Below the pieces are notes generated by a model. That model saw only the letters and a program-made list of their open reading frames with translations. It was not told the origin of the DNA and searched no databases. A DNA stretch of 63,770 nt, the filler included, from Nemertoderma westbladi (lineage: Eukaryota; Animalia; Xenacoelomorpha): NCBI GenBank assembly GCA_032718475.1. It is 4 parts of 4 records of this genome, joined end to end, with 100 filler letters (N's around TTAATTAATTAA, not from the genome) between each part and the next. Parts side by side here need not be neighbours in the genome. Positions count along the whole stretch, not along the records: positions 1 to 15,689 come from JAUCBJ010004500.1; positions 15,790 to 36,968 come from JAUCBJ010004018.1; 2 more parts are not named here. One strand, 5' to 3'. This document shows, piece by piece, positions 11,016 through 22,035 of the stretch. The first letter of the stretch is position 1. Every line of letters begins with the position of its first letter. Both the position numbers and the translations under genes were made by a program.

Positions 11016-11363
11016 GCGAGCGCAACGAGCAAAGAAATTTTGCAGAAATATGAAGATTAATACAGTATTAGTCAGATAGTAGGTCAACCGACTGTTTTAA
11101 ATACAGATGTGATTAAATTGCGAGCGTACCGAGCAAGAAAATTTTAACATTTATACAGTAGTATACCAAACCAACTGTTTTTAAATACAGAATGTGATTA
11201 TGGATTAAATTGAGAGCGTAGCGAGACATGAGAATGTGGTTTTATATTGGTTTGAACAATTGAAACAACTCATGTAGGTTAATAAACAGATACAGTAGCC
11301 TAATATGGAAATTTAAATAATGGATATGAGTAGGATATAATTATAAACGCGAGCGAAGCGAGC
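11016..11363 (+). repeat. Four spaced GCGAGC-GNA-GCGAGC mini-hairpin modules
   Basis: Copies at 11016, 11120, 11212 and 11349 (perfect GCGAGCGAAGCGAGC). Three are followed by an AAATTTT tract. Confidence 0.65.
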
Positions 11364-11423
11364 GAAATTTTTTAAACTCTTTTTAAACATACTGATATAA
11401 TTTCAAGTAGAAGTGTCTGACTG

Positions 11424-11550
11424 TGGGGCTGTTCACATATTACGTAACGTTCAGAAGGGGGGGGGGGGGGGGGGGGGGGTCTGCCTGAAACGTTACTATT
11501 TTGTTACAAGGGGGTGGGGGGGTGTTCGGGAATAATCGTTACGTAACGCT
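11424..11550. mobile_element. PIF/Harbinger-like MITE left end
   Basis: GGGGCTGTTCACATATTACGTAACG followed by poly-G and CGTTACGTAACG. No right TIR found. Confidence 0.4.
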
Positions 11551-12296
11551 GAAATCTGGGTAAGAAAGTAATTTATTTCAATTTGCCAAAAGTTACAATA
11601 CAAAACATTTATAGATTAATATGTCCGGGGTCGATATCACTGCCACTGCCAGCAATGATTGTGATGACGGATTTCCCATCCTTGAGTATCAAGATGGAGG
11701 GCCATGGGAGGAATTGTAGAGTTGTGGAATTCTGGAATTTGTATTAATTACTATTAATTAAATAATAATAATAATAATATATTATTAATATAATATATTA
11801 TGTTAATAAAATAAATCAATTAATAAAATTATACTCAAGCTAGCGTTACGTTACTACTGTACTATAATAGCTGAGTATCATTCCACTAATGGGCAAGAAT
11901 GGAAACATGGGCACAATGAGGAATGAGCAGTGTTTAACGTCCCCTTTTTGATAGTCGCGAACTCGAGCACTAATGGCTCACATCAGTCAGTCCTCAACAG
12001 GGGAAAATCCATTCAAATAACAGCTGATTACCTGTACTAACCAAATTAAAATGTTACAAGTTTTGTAAGCATATAAACGTGCTACTACAATAGTAACTTC
12101 GATGGGGCTGGCAATAATAACGTATAAGAGAGATTGTTCATCAGAAATGAACTAATATTTTAATTATTTACATGCACTAAATGGCAGCATGTCCTATGGG
12201 TAATTCAGTAAATGTAATGAATTAGAATTTAAATTTTTCTTATTTAAAAATTATACAGGAAATATAAAAATAATTATATATAATAATTACAATAGT

Positions 12297-12720
12297 ACAC
12301 CAAATTTCTGGAGTCTGGATGGATGATTCACAAGAATGCTACATCGGGTTCACTGTGTCAACTATAATGCACACATCTCCAACCAGACACTATATAACAT
12401 TGGAGGTGTCTCATTGGTTCCCCCAAGACAGTTGAACAAAGCCGCCCCCGCTGTGCAGGATATTGTTTTCGCAGTGACCAGCCCATGACTTTCGTGAGTT
12501 GCCTCCTAAAGGACACTGGCCTTAAACATCCGGATAATCTCGCGAAAGTCATGGGGGATAGTGAGTTGTGGCGGTGCAACTTTGTTGACAAGCCGGCATA
12601 GCATTCTTAATGCACGCTGCTGCATTGGGTTTGCCAAATGTGGATTGCATGATGGTTAAAAAATGTTTGTTAAGCCAGCATAGCATCTCAAATGTGCAGC
12701 TTCAATGCAGCAGGCCGATT
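12297..12720 (+). mobile_element. Deleted 3' fragment of the RTE-type LINE family seen at 42990-44945
   Basis: Closely matches 44520-44920 (e.g. CACATCTCCAACCAGACACTATATAACATTGGAGGTGTCTCATTGGTTCCCCCAAG) with an internal deletion. The extreme 3' end recurs at about 12672-12720. Confidence 0.9.
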
Positions 12721-13268
12721 GCAGATATATAGATAGACCATACAGTTTGTAATTAATTTCTGAAATACAATTCTCCTTTGAAATGCACGGGTTTCTATGA
12801 AGAGCTATGGTTTAAATAAATAATCCATCTTTCTTGAAAAAATTTTAATAAAAATTAGTTTATTATTAGTAAGATATTAAGCCAGCAGTCCTGATTTTAT
12901 CCGGTGAACAGAGACGCGAACATAATTTCTAGAGACGCGAACATAATTTCTAGAGGCGCCCTCACGTCTGCAGGTGAACTCATCCTTTTCAGCTTTTGGG
13001 AAAAGTTTTGGGCATTGAGGAAAAAAGCTACCGGTAAACTATCTGGAAACTGGGAAAAAAAGTAAAATTAATTTCACTACCCTAAGCTGTCATCCTTACT
13101 GTACTTCACTTACTTCTGTACCGGTACTGCCTATTCCTACCAACCGCTCAGTTTTTTTTCTACTTCAGTACTTGCACGGTTTTGTTTTTAACTTTAGTAG
13201 TCTGTTAGTTTAGTTCAGCCGTGAACTTCATTCAACAAGCTTCACTGCCATAACAGCATACAGGCATA

Positions 13269-14771
13269 ATGTCACTTGCGGATGAACTCTTAGCTGACTT
13301 AGAGGAAATAGGGAACGAAGATGACGATGTTGAAGACTACGAAGAAAACGTGGTTGGAGAGGGAGTGTCATCGAGTAACGAAATGCAGGTTGACGATCAA
13401 GGAGTCAACATCGACTTCAAAAAGTTCGATTCAATAAAAACTATCGCGAAAATGCGGAACTCCCTTCAATTAAACAGCATTCTGGATCAGATCAAAGTAT
13501 TCGAGACCTCAGATTCTGGACTGACAGCACACCAAGGTGGGTTGGAAGACCACCCGGAATACGAGCTCATCATCAAGGCCAACAACCTCGCAGTAGAAAT
13601 CGACAACGAACTGGACCTGGTCTATAAATTCACGCGGGACAGATACAACCAGCGGTTTCCTGAACTAGAACAATTAGTTCCCAACCCGTTGGACTATATG
13701 AGAACTGTAAACGAACTCGGAAACAATCTCAGTCGTAGTAAAACCTCCACGGAGCTGCAAGAGTTCCTCTCCCCGGCCACTATAATGGTCGTTAGTGTGT
13801 CGGCTTCCACCACTCAGGGCGTGGAACTCACTGCAACTGAACTTGGATTGGCACTCGAGGCCTGCCAAATGGCTTCCGAATTGTGCCAAATTAAGTCGTC
13901 GATATTCTCCTACGTAGAGTCGAGAATGTCCTTAGTGGCTGCGAATCTCTGTTGGTTGGTCGGACCCACCATCGCGGCTAAGTTAATGGGCGCGGCGGGC
14001 GGTTTAGCTAACCTTTCCCGGGTGCCCGCCTGCAATGTTTTGGTACTGGGCGCCGCGCGACGCGCTTCCCATGGGATGGGCGCGGTGTCACTGCAGCCTC
14101 ACTCCGGCTTCCTGAAGGACAGCGAGTTACTCACGCGGACTCCCCCGGAGCTCAGGAAGAAGTGCGCGCGTCTCCTCGCCGCCAAGGTGGTGCTAGCCGC
14201 GAGGGTTGACGCCTTGGGGACCGGGAAACGCAGCGACTCCGCGGGGCGAGCCATGCGGGAAGACGTAGAGAAAAAGTTGGAGAAGTTACAGGAGCCGCCG
14301 CCGGTTAAACACGTGCGAGCGCTCCCGGCGCCGTTGGACGTACCGCGGAAGCGACGCGGAGGTAGACGACATCGGAAGATGAAGGAACGGCTCGGGATGA
14401 CGGAAGTCCGGAAGGCCGCCAACCGAATGGACTTCGCGGATATTGAGGATGACGCGTACCAGGAAGACTTGGGACTGAGTTTGGGGAACCTTGGGAAGAC
14501 CGGAGGCGGCAAGATTCGCGCTCCGGCCGCCGACAAGAAGACGGAAGTTCGCCTGTCCAAGTCGTTGCAGCGCAAACTCGCTCGGGAGTCCACGTACTCG
14601 GGGGGTCGCAGCACAGTGCGTGCCACCATCAGCGGGACCGCTAGCAGCGTGGTATTCACTCCCGTTCAGGGACTAGAGATTATAAACCCTCAGGCGATGG
14701 ATAAAAAAGTAGCCGACGCTAACGAGAAATACTTTGGTACACTGACTGGTTTCTGTAAAGTTTCTAAATGA
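13269..14771 (+). CDS. PRPF31: U4/U6 snRNP splicing factor Prp31 (Nop domain); single coding exon
   Basis: MSLADELLADLEE start, RFPELEQLV, ATIMVVSVSASTTQG, PACNVLVLG, RGGRRHRKMKER, SGTASSVVFTPVQGLEI, KYF. 500 aa is full length. Confidence 0.98.
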   Translation: MSLADELLADLEEIGNEDDDVEDYEENVVGEGVSSSNEMQVDDQGVNIDFKKFDSIKTIAKMRNSLQLNSILDQIKVFETSDSGLTAHQGGLEDHPEYELIIKANNLAVEIDNELDLVYKFTRDRYNQRFPELEQLVPNPLDYMRTVNELGNNLSRSKTSTELQEFLSPATIMVVSVSASTTQGVELTATELGLALEACQMASELCQIKSSIFSYVESRMSLVAANLCWLVGPTIAAKLMGAAGGLANLSRVPACNVLVLGAARRASHGMGAVSLQPHSGFLKDSELLTRTPPELRKKCARLLAAKVVLAARVDALGTGKRSDSAGRAMREDVEKKLEKLQEPPPVKHVRALPAPLDVPRKRRGGRRHRKMKERLGMTEVRKAANRMDFADIEDDAYQEDLGLSLGNLGKTGGGKIRAPAADKKTEVRLSKSLQRKLARESTYSGGRSTVRATISGTASSVVFTPVQGLEIINPQAMDKKVADANEKYFGTLTGFCKVSK

Positions 14772-14999
14772 TTTATTGTTTGTTATCTATTATAAATTAA
14801 TTATACGAAAGTTTATCAAACGGAGTTTGGGTCTCTCATGCTATCGGCAGGGATATTATTTAAGTTTCATCAAACTATTACCAGCCATCAGCAAAATAAA
14901 TACATTTAATTTATTTATAATTTAATTTAATAAATTTAACTAAAAAAATAAATAGTTTGAGTTATACAAAGTGACAGTCCCACCTGATCCATACTCTAG

Positions 15000-15689
15000 G
15001 TAATCCCACTCCCCCACTTCCTCTATCTAATCCTAATCCCACTCCCCTCCCACCCGAACCCACCACCTCCCCTACCTAATCCCACTCCCCTCCACTCCCA
15101 CTACCCGAACCCACCACCTCCCCTACCTAATCCCACTCCCCTCCACTCCACTACCCAACCCACCACTCCCCTACCTAATCCCACTCCCCTCCACTCCCAC
15201 TACCCAAACCCACCACCTCCCCTACCTAATCCCACTCCCCCACCTCCCCTACCTAATCCCACTCCCCTCCACTCCCCACCCAACCCACCACCTCCCCTAC
15301 CTAATCCCACTCCCCTCCACTCCCACTACCCGAACCCACCACCTCCCCTACCTAATCCCACTCCACTACCCAACCCACCACTCCCCTACCTAATCCCACT
15401 CCCCTCCACTCCCACTACCCAAACCCACCACCTCCCCTACCTAATCCCACTCCCCCACCTAATCCCACTCCCCTCCACTCCCACTACCTAAACCCACCAC
15501 CTCCCCTACCTAATCCCACTCCCCCACCTCCCCTACCTAATCCCACTCCCCTCCACTCCCACTACCCAAACCCACCACCTCCCCTACCTAATCCCACTCC
15601 CCTCCCACTATCCGAACCCACCACATCCCCTACCTAATCCCACTCCCCTCCACTCCCACTACCCGAACCCACCACCTCCCCAACTAATC
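15000..15689. repeat. C-rich modular tandem repeat, period about 51 bp, running into the contig end
   Basis: Repeated CCTAATCCCACTCCCCTCCACTCCCACTACCC(G/A)AACCCACCACCTCCCCTA with deleted variants. The minus strand has dense GGG runs. Confidence 0.9.
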
Positions 15690-15789
15690 NNNNNNNNNNN
15701 NNNNNNNNNNNNNNNNNNNNNNNNNNNNNNNNNTTAATTAATTAANNNNNNNNNNNNNNNNNNNNNNNNNNNNNNNNNNNNNNNNNNNN
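15690..15789. other. Artificial contig spacer
   Basis: N44-TTAATTAATTAA-N44, with stops in all six frames; identical at three places. Confidence 0.97.
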
Positions 15790-18700
15790 AGCGACCGTAA
15801 TGTGTATGATCGCTGTGTTCCCAACCACATCACAGCGACCGTAATGTGTATGATCGCTGTGTTCCCAACCACAGCGACCGTAATGTGTATGATCGCTGTG
15901 TTCCCAACCACAGCGACCGTAATGTGTATGATCGCTGTATTCCCAACCACAGCACAGCGACCGTAATGTGTATGATCGCGGTGTTCCCAACCACATCACA
16001 GCGACCGTAATGTGTATGATCGCTGTGTTCCCAACCACAGCGACCGTAATGTGTATGATCGCTGTGTTCCCAACCACAGCGACCGTAATGTGTATGATCG
16101 CTGTGTTCCCAACCACAGCACAGCGACCGTAATGTGTATGATCGCGGTGTTCCCAACCACAGCGACCGTAATGTGTATGATCGCTGTGTTCCCAACCACA
16201 GCGACCGTAATGTGTACGATCGCTGTGTTCCCAACCACAGCACAGCGACCGTAATGTGTATGATCGCGGTGTTCCCAACCACAGCGACCGTAATGTGTAT
16301 GATCGCTGTGTTCCCAACCACAGCACAGCGACCGTAATGTGTATGATCGCTGTGTTCCCAACCACAGCGACCGTAATGTGTATGATCGCGGTGTTCCCAA
16401 CCACAGCGACCGTAATGTGTATGATCGCTGTATTCCCAACCACAGCACAGCGACCGTAATGTGTATGATCGCGGTGTTCCCAACCACAGCGACCGTAATG
16501 TGTATGATCGCTGTGTTCCCAACCACAGCGACCGTAATGTGTATGATCGCTGTGTTCCCAACCACAGCACAGCGACCGTAATGTGTATGATCGCGGTGTT
16601 CCCAACCACAGCGACCGTAATGTGTATGATCGCTGTGTTCCCAACCACAGCGACCGTAATGTGTATGATCGCTGTGTTCCCAACCACAGCGACCGTAATG
16701 TGTATGATCGCTGTGTTCCCAACCACAGCACAGCGACCGTAATGTGTATGATCGCTGTGTTCCCAACCACAGCGACCGTAATGTGTATGATCGCTGTGTT
16801 CCCAACCACAGCACAGCGACCGTAATGTGTATGATCGCTGTGTTCCCAACCACAGCACAGCGACCGTAATGTGTACGATCGCTGTGTTCCCAACCACAGC
16901 ACAGCGACCGTAATGTGTATGATCGCTGTGTTCCCAACCACAGCACAGCGACCGTAATGTGTACGATCGCTGTGTTCCCAACCACAGCGACCGTAATGTG
17001 TATGATCGCTGTGTTCCCAACCACAGCACAGCGACCGTAATGTGTATGATCGCGGTGTTCCCAACCACAGCGACCGTAATGTGTATGATCGCTGTGTTCC
17101 CAACCACAGCACAGCGACCGTAATGTGTATGATCGCTGTGTTCCCAACCACCAGCGACCGTAATGTGTATGATCGCTGTGTTCCCAACCACAGCACAGCG
17201 ACCGTAATGTGTATGATCGCGGTGTTCCCAACCACAGCGACCGTAATGTGTATGATCGCTGTGTTCCCAACCACAGCACAGCGACCGTAATGTGTATGAT
17301 CGCGGTGTTCCCAACCACAGCGACCGTAATGTGTATGATCGCTGTATTCCCAACCACAGCACAGCGACCGTAATGTGTATGATCGCGGTGTTCCCAACCA
17401 CAGCGACCGTAATGTGTATGATCGCTGTATTCCCAACCACAGCACAGCGACCGTAATGTGTATGATCGCGGTGTTCCCAACCACAGCGACCGTAATGTGT
17501 ATGATCGCTGTGTTCCCAACCACAGCACAGCGACCGTAATGTGTATGATCGCTGTGTTCCCAACCACAGCACAGCGACCGTAATGTGTATGATCGCTGTG
17601 TTCCCAACCACAGCACAGCGACCGTAATGTGTATGATCGCTGTGTTCCCAACCACGGCGACCGTAATGTGTATGATCGCTGTGTTCCCAACCACAGCACA
17701 GCGACCGTAATGTGTACGATCGCTGTGTTCCCAACCACAGCGACCGTAATGTGTATGATCGCTGTGTTCCCAACCACAGCACAGCGACCGTAATGTGTAT
17801 GATCGCGGTGTTCCCAACCACAGCGACCGTAATGTGTATGATCGCTGTGTTCCCAACCACAGCGACCGTAATGTGTATGATCGCTGTGTTCCCAACCACA
17901 GCACAGCGACCGTAATGTGTATGATCGCTGTGTTCCCAACCACAGCGACCGTAATGTGTATGATCGCTGTGTTCCCAACCACAGCGACCGTAATGTGTAT
18001 GATCGCTGTGTTCCCAACCACAGCACAGCGACCGTAATGTGTATGATCGCGGTGTTCCCAACCACAGCGACCGTAATGTGTATGATCGCTGTGTTCCCAA
18101 CCACAGCGACCGTAATGTGTATGATCGCTGTGTTCCCAACCACAGCGACCGTAATGTGTATGATCGCTGTGTTCCCAACCACAGCACAGCGACCGTAATG
18201 TGTATGATCGCTGTGTTCCCAACCACAGCGACCGTAATGTGTATGATCGCTGTGTTCCCAACCACAGCGACCGTAATGTGTATGATCGCTGTGTTCCCAA
18301 CCACAGCACAGCGACCGTAATGTGTATGATCGCTGTGTTCCCAACCACAGCACAGCGACCGTAATGTGTATGATCGCTGTGTTCCCAACCCCAGCGACCG
18401 TAATGTGTATGATCGCTGTGTTCCCAACCACAGCACAGCGACCGTAATGTGTATGATCGCGGTGTTCCCAACCACAGCGACCGTAATGTGTATGATCGCT
18501 GTGTTCCCAACCACAGCACAGCGACCGTAATGTGTACGATCGCTGTGTTCCCAACCACAGCGACCGTAATGTGTATGATCGCTGTGTTCCCAACCACAGC
18601 ACAGCGACCGTAATGTGTATGATCGCGGTGTTCCCAACCACAGCGACCGTAATGTGTATGATCGCTGTGTTCCCAACCACAGCACAGCGACCGTAATGTG

Positions 18701-21332
18701 TATGATCGCGGTGTTCCCAACCACAGCGACCGTAATGTGTATGATCGCTGTATTCCCAACCACAGCACAGCGACCGTAATGTGTATGATCGCGGTGTTCC
18801 CAACCACAGCGACCGTAATGTGTATGATCGCTGTATTCCCAACCACAGCACAGCGACCGTAATGTGTATGATCGCGGTGTTCCCAACCACAGCGACCGTA
18901 ATGTGTATGATCGCTGTGTTCCCAACCACAGCACAGCGACCGTAATGTGTATGATCGCTGTGTTCCCAACCACAGCACAGCGACCGTAATGTGTATGATC
19001 GCTGTGTTCCCAACCACAGCACAGCGACCGTAATGTGTATGATCGCTGTGTTCCCAACCACGGCGACCGTAATGTGTATGATCGCTGTGTTCCCAACCAC
19101 AGCACAGCGACCGTAATGTGTACGATCGCTGTGTTCCCAACCACAGCGACCGTAATGTGTATGATCGCTGTATTCCCAACCACAGCACAGCGACCGTAAT
19201 GTGTATGATCGCGGTGTTCCCAACCACAGCGACCGTAATGTGTATGATCGCTGTGTTCCCAACCACAGCGACCGTAATGTGTATGATCGCTGTGTTCCCA
19301 ACCACAGCACAGCGACCGTAATGTGTATGATCGCTGTGTTCCCAACCACAGCGACCGTAATGTGTATGATCGCTGTGTTCCCAACCACAGCGACCGTAAT
19401 GTGTATGATCGCTGTGTTCCCAACCACAGCACAGCGACCGTAATGTGTATGATCGCGGTGTTCCCAACCACAGCGACCGTAATGTGTATGATCTCTGTGT
19501 TCCCAACCACAGCGACCGTAATGTGTATGATCGCTGTGTTCCCAACCACAGCGACCGTAATGTGTATGATCGCTGTGTTCCCAACCACAGCACAGCGACC
19601 GTAATGTGTATGATCGCTGTGTTCCCAACCACAGCGACCGTAATGTGTATGATCGCTGTGTTCCCAACCACAGCGACCGTAATGTGTATGATCGCTGTGT
19701 TCCCAACCACAGCACAGCGACCGTAATGTGTATGATCGCTGTGTTCCCAACCACAGCACAGCGACCGTAATGTGTATGATCGCTGTGTTCCCAACCACAG
19801 CACAGCGACCGTAATGTGTATGATCGCGGTGTTCCCAACCACAGCGACCGTAATGTGTATGATCGCTGTGTTCCCAACCACAGCGACCGTAATGTGTATG
19901 ATCGCTGTGTTCCCAACCACAGCACAGCGACCGTAATGTGTATGATCGCGGTGTTCCCAACCACAGCGACCGTAATGTGTATGATCGCTGTGTTCCCAAC
20001 CACAGCGACCGTAATGTGTATGATCGCTGTGTTCCCAACCACAGCACAGCGACCGTAATGTGTATGATCGCGGTGTTCCCAACCACAGCGACCGTAATGT
20101 GTATGATCGCTGTGTTCCCAACCACAGCGACCGTAATGTGTATGATCGCTGTGTTCCCAACCACAGCGACCGTAATGTGTATGATCGCTGTATTCCCAAC
20201 CACAGCACAGCGACCGTAATGTGTATGATCGCTGTGTTCCCAACCACAGCACAGCGACCGTAATGTGTATGATCGCTGTGTTCCCAACCACAGCACAGCG
20301 ACCGTAATGTGTACGATCGCTGTGTTCCCAACCACAGCACAGCGACCGTAATGTGTATGATCGCTGTGTTCCCAACCACAGCACAGCGACCGTAATGTGT
20401 ACGATCGCTGTGTTCCCAACCCCAGCGACCGTAATGTGTATGATCGCTGTGTTCCCAACCACAGCACAGCGACCGTAATGTGTATGATCGCGGTGTTCCC
20501 AACCACAGCGACCGTAATGTGTATGATCGCTGTGTTCCCAACCACAGCACAGCGACCGTAATGTGTACGATCGCTGTGTTCCCAACCCCAGCGACCGTAA
20601 TGTGTATGATCGCTGTGTTCCCAACCACAGCACAGCGACCGTAATGTGTATGATCGCGGTGTTCCCAACCACAGCGACCGTAATGTGTATGATCGCTGTG
20701 TTCCCAACCACAGCACAGCGACCGTAATGTGGATGATCGCGGTGTTCCCAACCACAGCGACCGTAATGTGTATGATCGCTGTATTCCCAACCACAGCACA
20801 GCGACCGTAATGTGTATGATCGCGGTGTTCCCAACCACAGCGACCGTAATGTGTATGATCGCTGTGTTCCCAACCACAGCACAGCGACCGTAATGTGTAT
20901 GATCGCGGTGTTCCCAACCACAGCGACCGTAATGTGTATGATCGCTGTATTCCCAACCACAGCACAGCGACCGTAATGTGTATGATCGCGGTGTTCCCAA
21001 CCACAGCGACCGTAATGTGTATGATCGCGGTGTTCCCAACCACAGCACAGCGACCGTAATGTGTATGATCGCGGTGTTCCCAACCACAGCGACTGTAATG
21101 TGTATGATCGCTGTATTCCCAACCACAGCACAGCGACCGTAATGTGTATGATCGCGGTGTTCCCAACCACAGCACAGCGACCGTAATGTGTATGATCGCG
21201 GTGTTCCCAACCACAGCGACTGTAATGTGTATGATCGCTGTGTTCCCAACCACAGCGACCGTAATGTGTATGATCGCTGTATTCTCAACCACAGCACAGC
21301 GGCCGTAATGTGTATGATCGCTGTGTTTCCAA
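15790..21332. repeat. 5.5-kb satellite of 39/44-bp hairpin units (about 130 copies) with a 1406-bp higher-order duplication
   Basis: Unit AGCGACCGTAATGTGTATGATCGCTGTGTTCCCAACCAC, with or without AGCAC. The rare variant CCACGGCG occurs at 17656 and 19062. ORF-track starts 17712/19118, 17795/19201 and 17917/19323 all differ by 1406. Confidence 0.97.
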
Positions 21333-21761
21333 CTATTCAAATTAGCTTAAGAAAGCTCAAGAAACGCTTATGTATGGTTGAAATTTGAAAATATAAATAA
21401 GTAAATCGAATAAGTAGACCCTAAATAGTACCTACAAAATTTAGTAGGTAGAATGCATCTTTAATCGATAGGCCGACAATCAAAAATTCCATAAAATCAG
21501 TGTTTCTAGGCACAGGCCTGAAACTGTTTCAATTTCAGACAACAACGTTTGGTGTTGGTTGATGTGGCTGGTTGTGACTGTGTGTGTATCTGTCGGTGGC
21601 TTCCTCAGAAAGTTTATGCCTTTGGGTTGTATCCTGCTTTCATTATTTAAAGGTCAAGAAAATATAATTGGCTAAAATATCATTAATTTTGGTAACTGTG
21701 TTGGCCCCGTATTTATAATATGAGAAATTGGTAAAATCAAATTTATTTCATGGAAGATGAA

Positions 21762-21852
21762 GCCATGGCGCAGTGGTCATTGCTTAAACGCTGGTGAAGA
21801 CAGTCTATCCCCGGAAACGGTACGTGGATGGGGTTCTGGTCCCAGCCACACT
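21762..21852 (+). mobile_element. Degenerate tRNA-derived SINE head
   Basis: A-box-like TGGCGCAGTGG and B-box-like GGTTCTGGTCCC; no tRNA cloverleaf. Confidence 0.4.
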
Positions 21853-21885
21853 AAAGTTATCCTCCTAAATATGTATCTCCCCAAA

Positions 21886-21899
21886 ATATCCATGGCAAC
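21886..21899. promoter_or_regulatory. Candidate RFX X-box upstream of bestrophin
   Basis: ATATCCATGGCAAC matches RTHNYYWTRRNRAC, about 140 bp before the ATG. Confidence 0.35.
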
Positions 21900-22035
21900 T
21901 AACAGGTAAATAAAAAGTTTAATATGAATGAATATATTGTATTTTGTATTAACATTTCAATAACCCACTAGCTAGAAATGAAATATATTGCTGGAGGAAT
22001 CTGTGACATACCATTATTAACACTGCTTACATAGT

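Noticed and set aside
9755-13268. Spliced-leader trans-splicing or operon organisation
   Set aside because: The genes are divergent, and no convincing shared acceptor or SL RNA gene was seen.
15000-15689. Telomere at the contig end
   Set aside because: No tandem TTAGGG/TTAGG register, the period is about 51 bp, and the C-rich strand faces the 3' end, the wrong polarity.
15734-15745. TTAATTAATTAA as a biological motif
   Set aside because: It is identical and centred in N44 blocks at three places, so it is a joining linker.
15790-21332. CRISPR-like array of hairpin repeats
   Set aside because: No unique spacers, no cas genes, and a eukaryotic context. The same applies to the 31/32-bp and 40-bp arrays.
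15742-21340. Three 1700-1850 aa minus-strand ORFs and many short plus-strand ORFs
   Set aside because: All three frames are open only because the satellite unit lacks stops on that strand, and 44-bp units shift frame freely.
21762-21852. tRNA genes here, at 59722-59790 and at 54625-54690
   Set aside because: Only degenerate A/B boxes; no cloverleaf could be folded.
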